Shown piece after piece: positions 27,043-27,973 of a stretch of DNA of 27,973 nucleotides. The DNA comes from a virus (taxonomy: Duplodnaviria; Caudoviricetes): positions 1 to 27,973 of the IMG/VR virus record IMGVR_UViG_3300022867_000053; one strand, written 5' to 3'. Position numbers and translations under genes: made by a program. Every line of letters begins with the position of its first letter. Position 1 is the stretch's first letter. Below the pieces are notes generated by a model. That model had not been told where the DNA came from. It did no database searches and saw only the letters and a list, made by a program, of their open reading frames with translations.

Positions 27043-27746
27043 TTAAGGCCTGAAACTACTACTGTTTCCTTTTTATTACACTTAGGGCAAGTTACCTCAA
27101 ATGTTTTTTGAATAGATGGCATCGTTTTGAAAAAATTAGTTATATCTTCAAATTGCTTGTGGCTTAATATATTTAAATATTCCATCAATTCACTTTCTGT
27201 ATGGTCACTAGAACTATAAGTAGTTTCAGCGTCGTAGATATAATCTATACAATCTATTATCATCTTATACATTGAATCAACCGAGTCTTTAGCATCATTG
27301 TATGTGCCTAATAAACTTAAACTAGGATATTTTAAAACAATGCCATCAGTAGCTGTTAACTCAATTTTTGTAGTATGATTTTCATCTCTTTTTATTTCCA
27401 AATCATGCAAATCTAGTTCAAATTTTACTGTTTTTGGACAACTTTCTTCTTTACAGCCTTTCATCTTCGCATTTAGATTGATTATATTACTTATTGACTT
27501 TGCTCTAAGCTGCGTGAAAATATATTCCATATCAAAAATAGGAAGTTTTTCTGTTTCTATGTCGCTAATTATACAATTTTTTATTAATTGTTTTAGCGCC
27601 AATATCATATCTTCATCGGTATTAGACTCCATAGCAGTCAAAAGAATTTTTTCTTCTGCTACTAAAAACGGTCTGTATTCGATTTTTTCCCCACTAGAAG
27701 GAAGTGTTAGTTTAAAATGTGGTGTTATTAGTTTTGGTAATGCCAT
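27027..27746 (-). CDS. 26: Baseplate hub assembly protein, T4 gp26-like
   Basis: MALPKL.TP...LTLPSSG..I.YRPFLV.EEKILL, D.EYIF.QLRAKS, CPKC, GL.SFF. Confidence 0.92.
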   Translation of the reverse strand: MALPKLITPHFKLTLPSSGEKIEYRPFLVAEEKILLTAMESNTDEDMILALKQLIKNCIISDIETEKLPIFDMEYIFTQLRAKSISNIINLNAKMKGCKEESCPKTVKFELDLHDLEIKRDENHTTKIELTATDGIVLKYPSLSLLGTYNDAKDSVDSMYKMIIDCIDYIYDAETTYSSSDHTESELMEYLNILSHKQFEDITNFFKTMPSIQKTFEVTCPKCNKKETVVVSGLNSFFG

Positions 27747-27756
27747 ATTATTATTA

Positions 27757-27972
27757 TTATGAATTTGTGGTTAATGTATTGAATAGTGTACTTGCTACGC
27801 TTTTTAAATTTCCTTCAGAAATTGACTTGGCAAAATATGCCGCTTTTTTTACGTCTTGCGCTTGAACTGTCTGCATCTTAAAATCTCTGTATGCGAATGT
27901 TACAGAAAGTTTCATAACAGAAGAGGTAGAATCCCAGGTTAAAGGTATACCTGATACCTGTTTTGGATAAAC
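27757..27972 (-). CDS. C-terminal part of a gp54/gp19-like tail tube (initiator) protein, truncated by the window
   Basis: VYPKQVSGIPLTWDSTSSVMKLSVTFAYR. Confidence 0.7.
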   Translation of the reverse strand, partial: VYPKQVSGIPLTWDSTSSVMKLSVTFAYRDFKMQTVQAQDVKKAAYFAKSISEGNLKSVASTLFNTLTTNS

Positions 27973-27973
27973 A

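Overview
AT-rich fragment of a large T4-like myophage genome. Its gp32 lacks the zinc ligands, as in the cyano/pelagiphage-type branch; the host is unknown. 1-500 is non-coding repeats. 500-10600 is an accessory early region of small unknown ORFs, a MoxR AAA+/VWA-metallopeptidase pair, gene remnants, 14-bp tandem arrays and integron-attC-like elements, and holds 9 of the 11 copies of a TTGACA-N17-TATRTT promoter module found in the window. 11000-18000 holds a PD-(D/E)XK nuclease, canonical ThyA and a putative DNA-glycosylation locus (two TAGT-like glycosyltransferases, ATP-dependent ligase, small accessory protein, NDP-sugar epimerase). 18000-23630 holds AEP-like, DenV-like, MazG-like, FmdB, PhoH, exonuclease, gp33, gp59 and gp32 genes. 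The minus-strand tail module is gp54-like, gp26, an unannotated gp51 frame and a gp29/tape-measure-like gene. Best leads: (1) a candidate -1 frameshift at T_TTT_TTC fusing gp26 to gp51 just upstream of the tape measure gene, the lambda G/GT layout; (2) an attC-like gene cassette with complementary cores; (3) the DNA glycosylation and nuclease locus. All product calls come from motif recognition; no database search was run.
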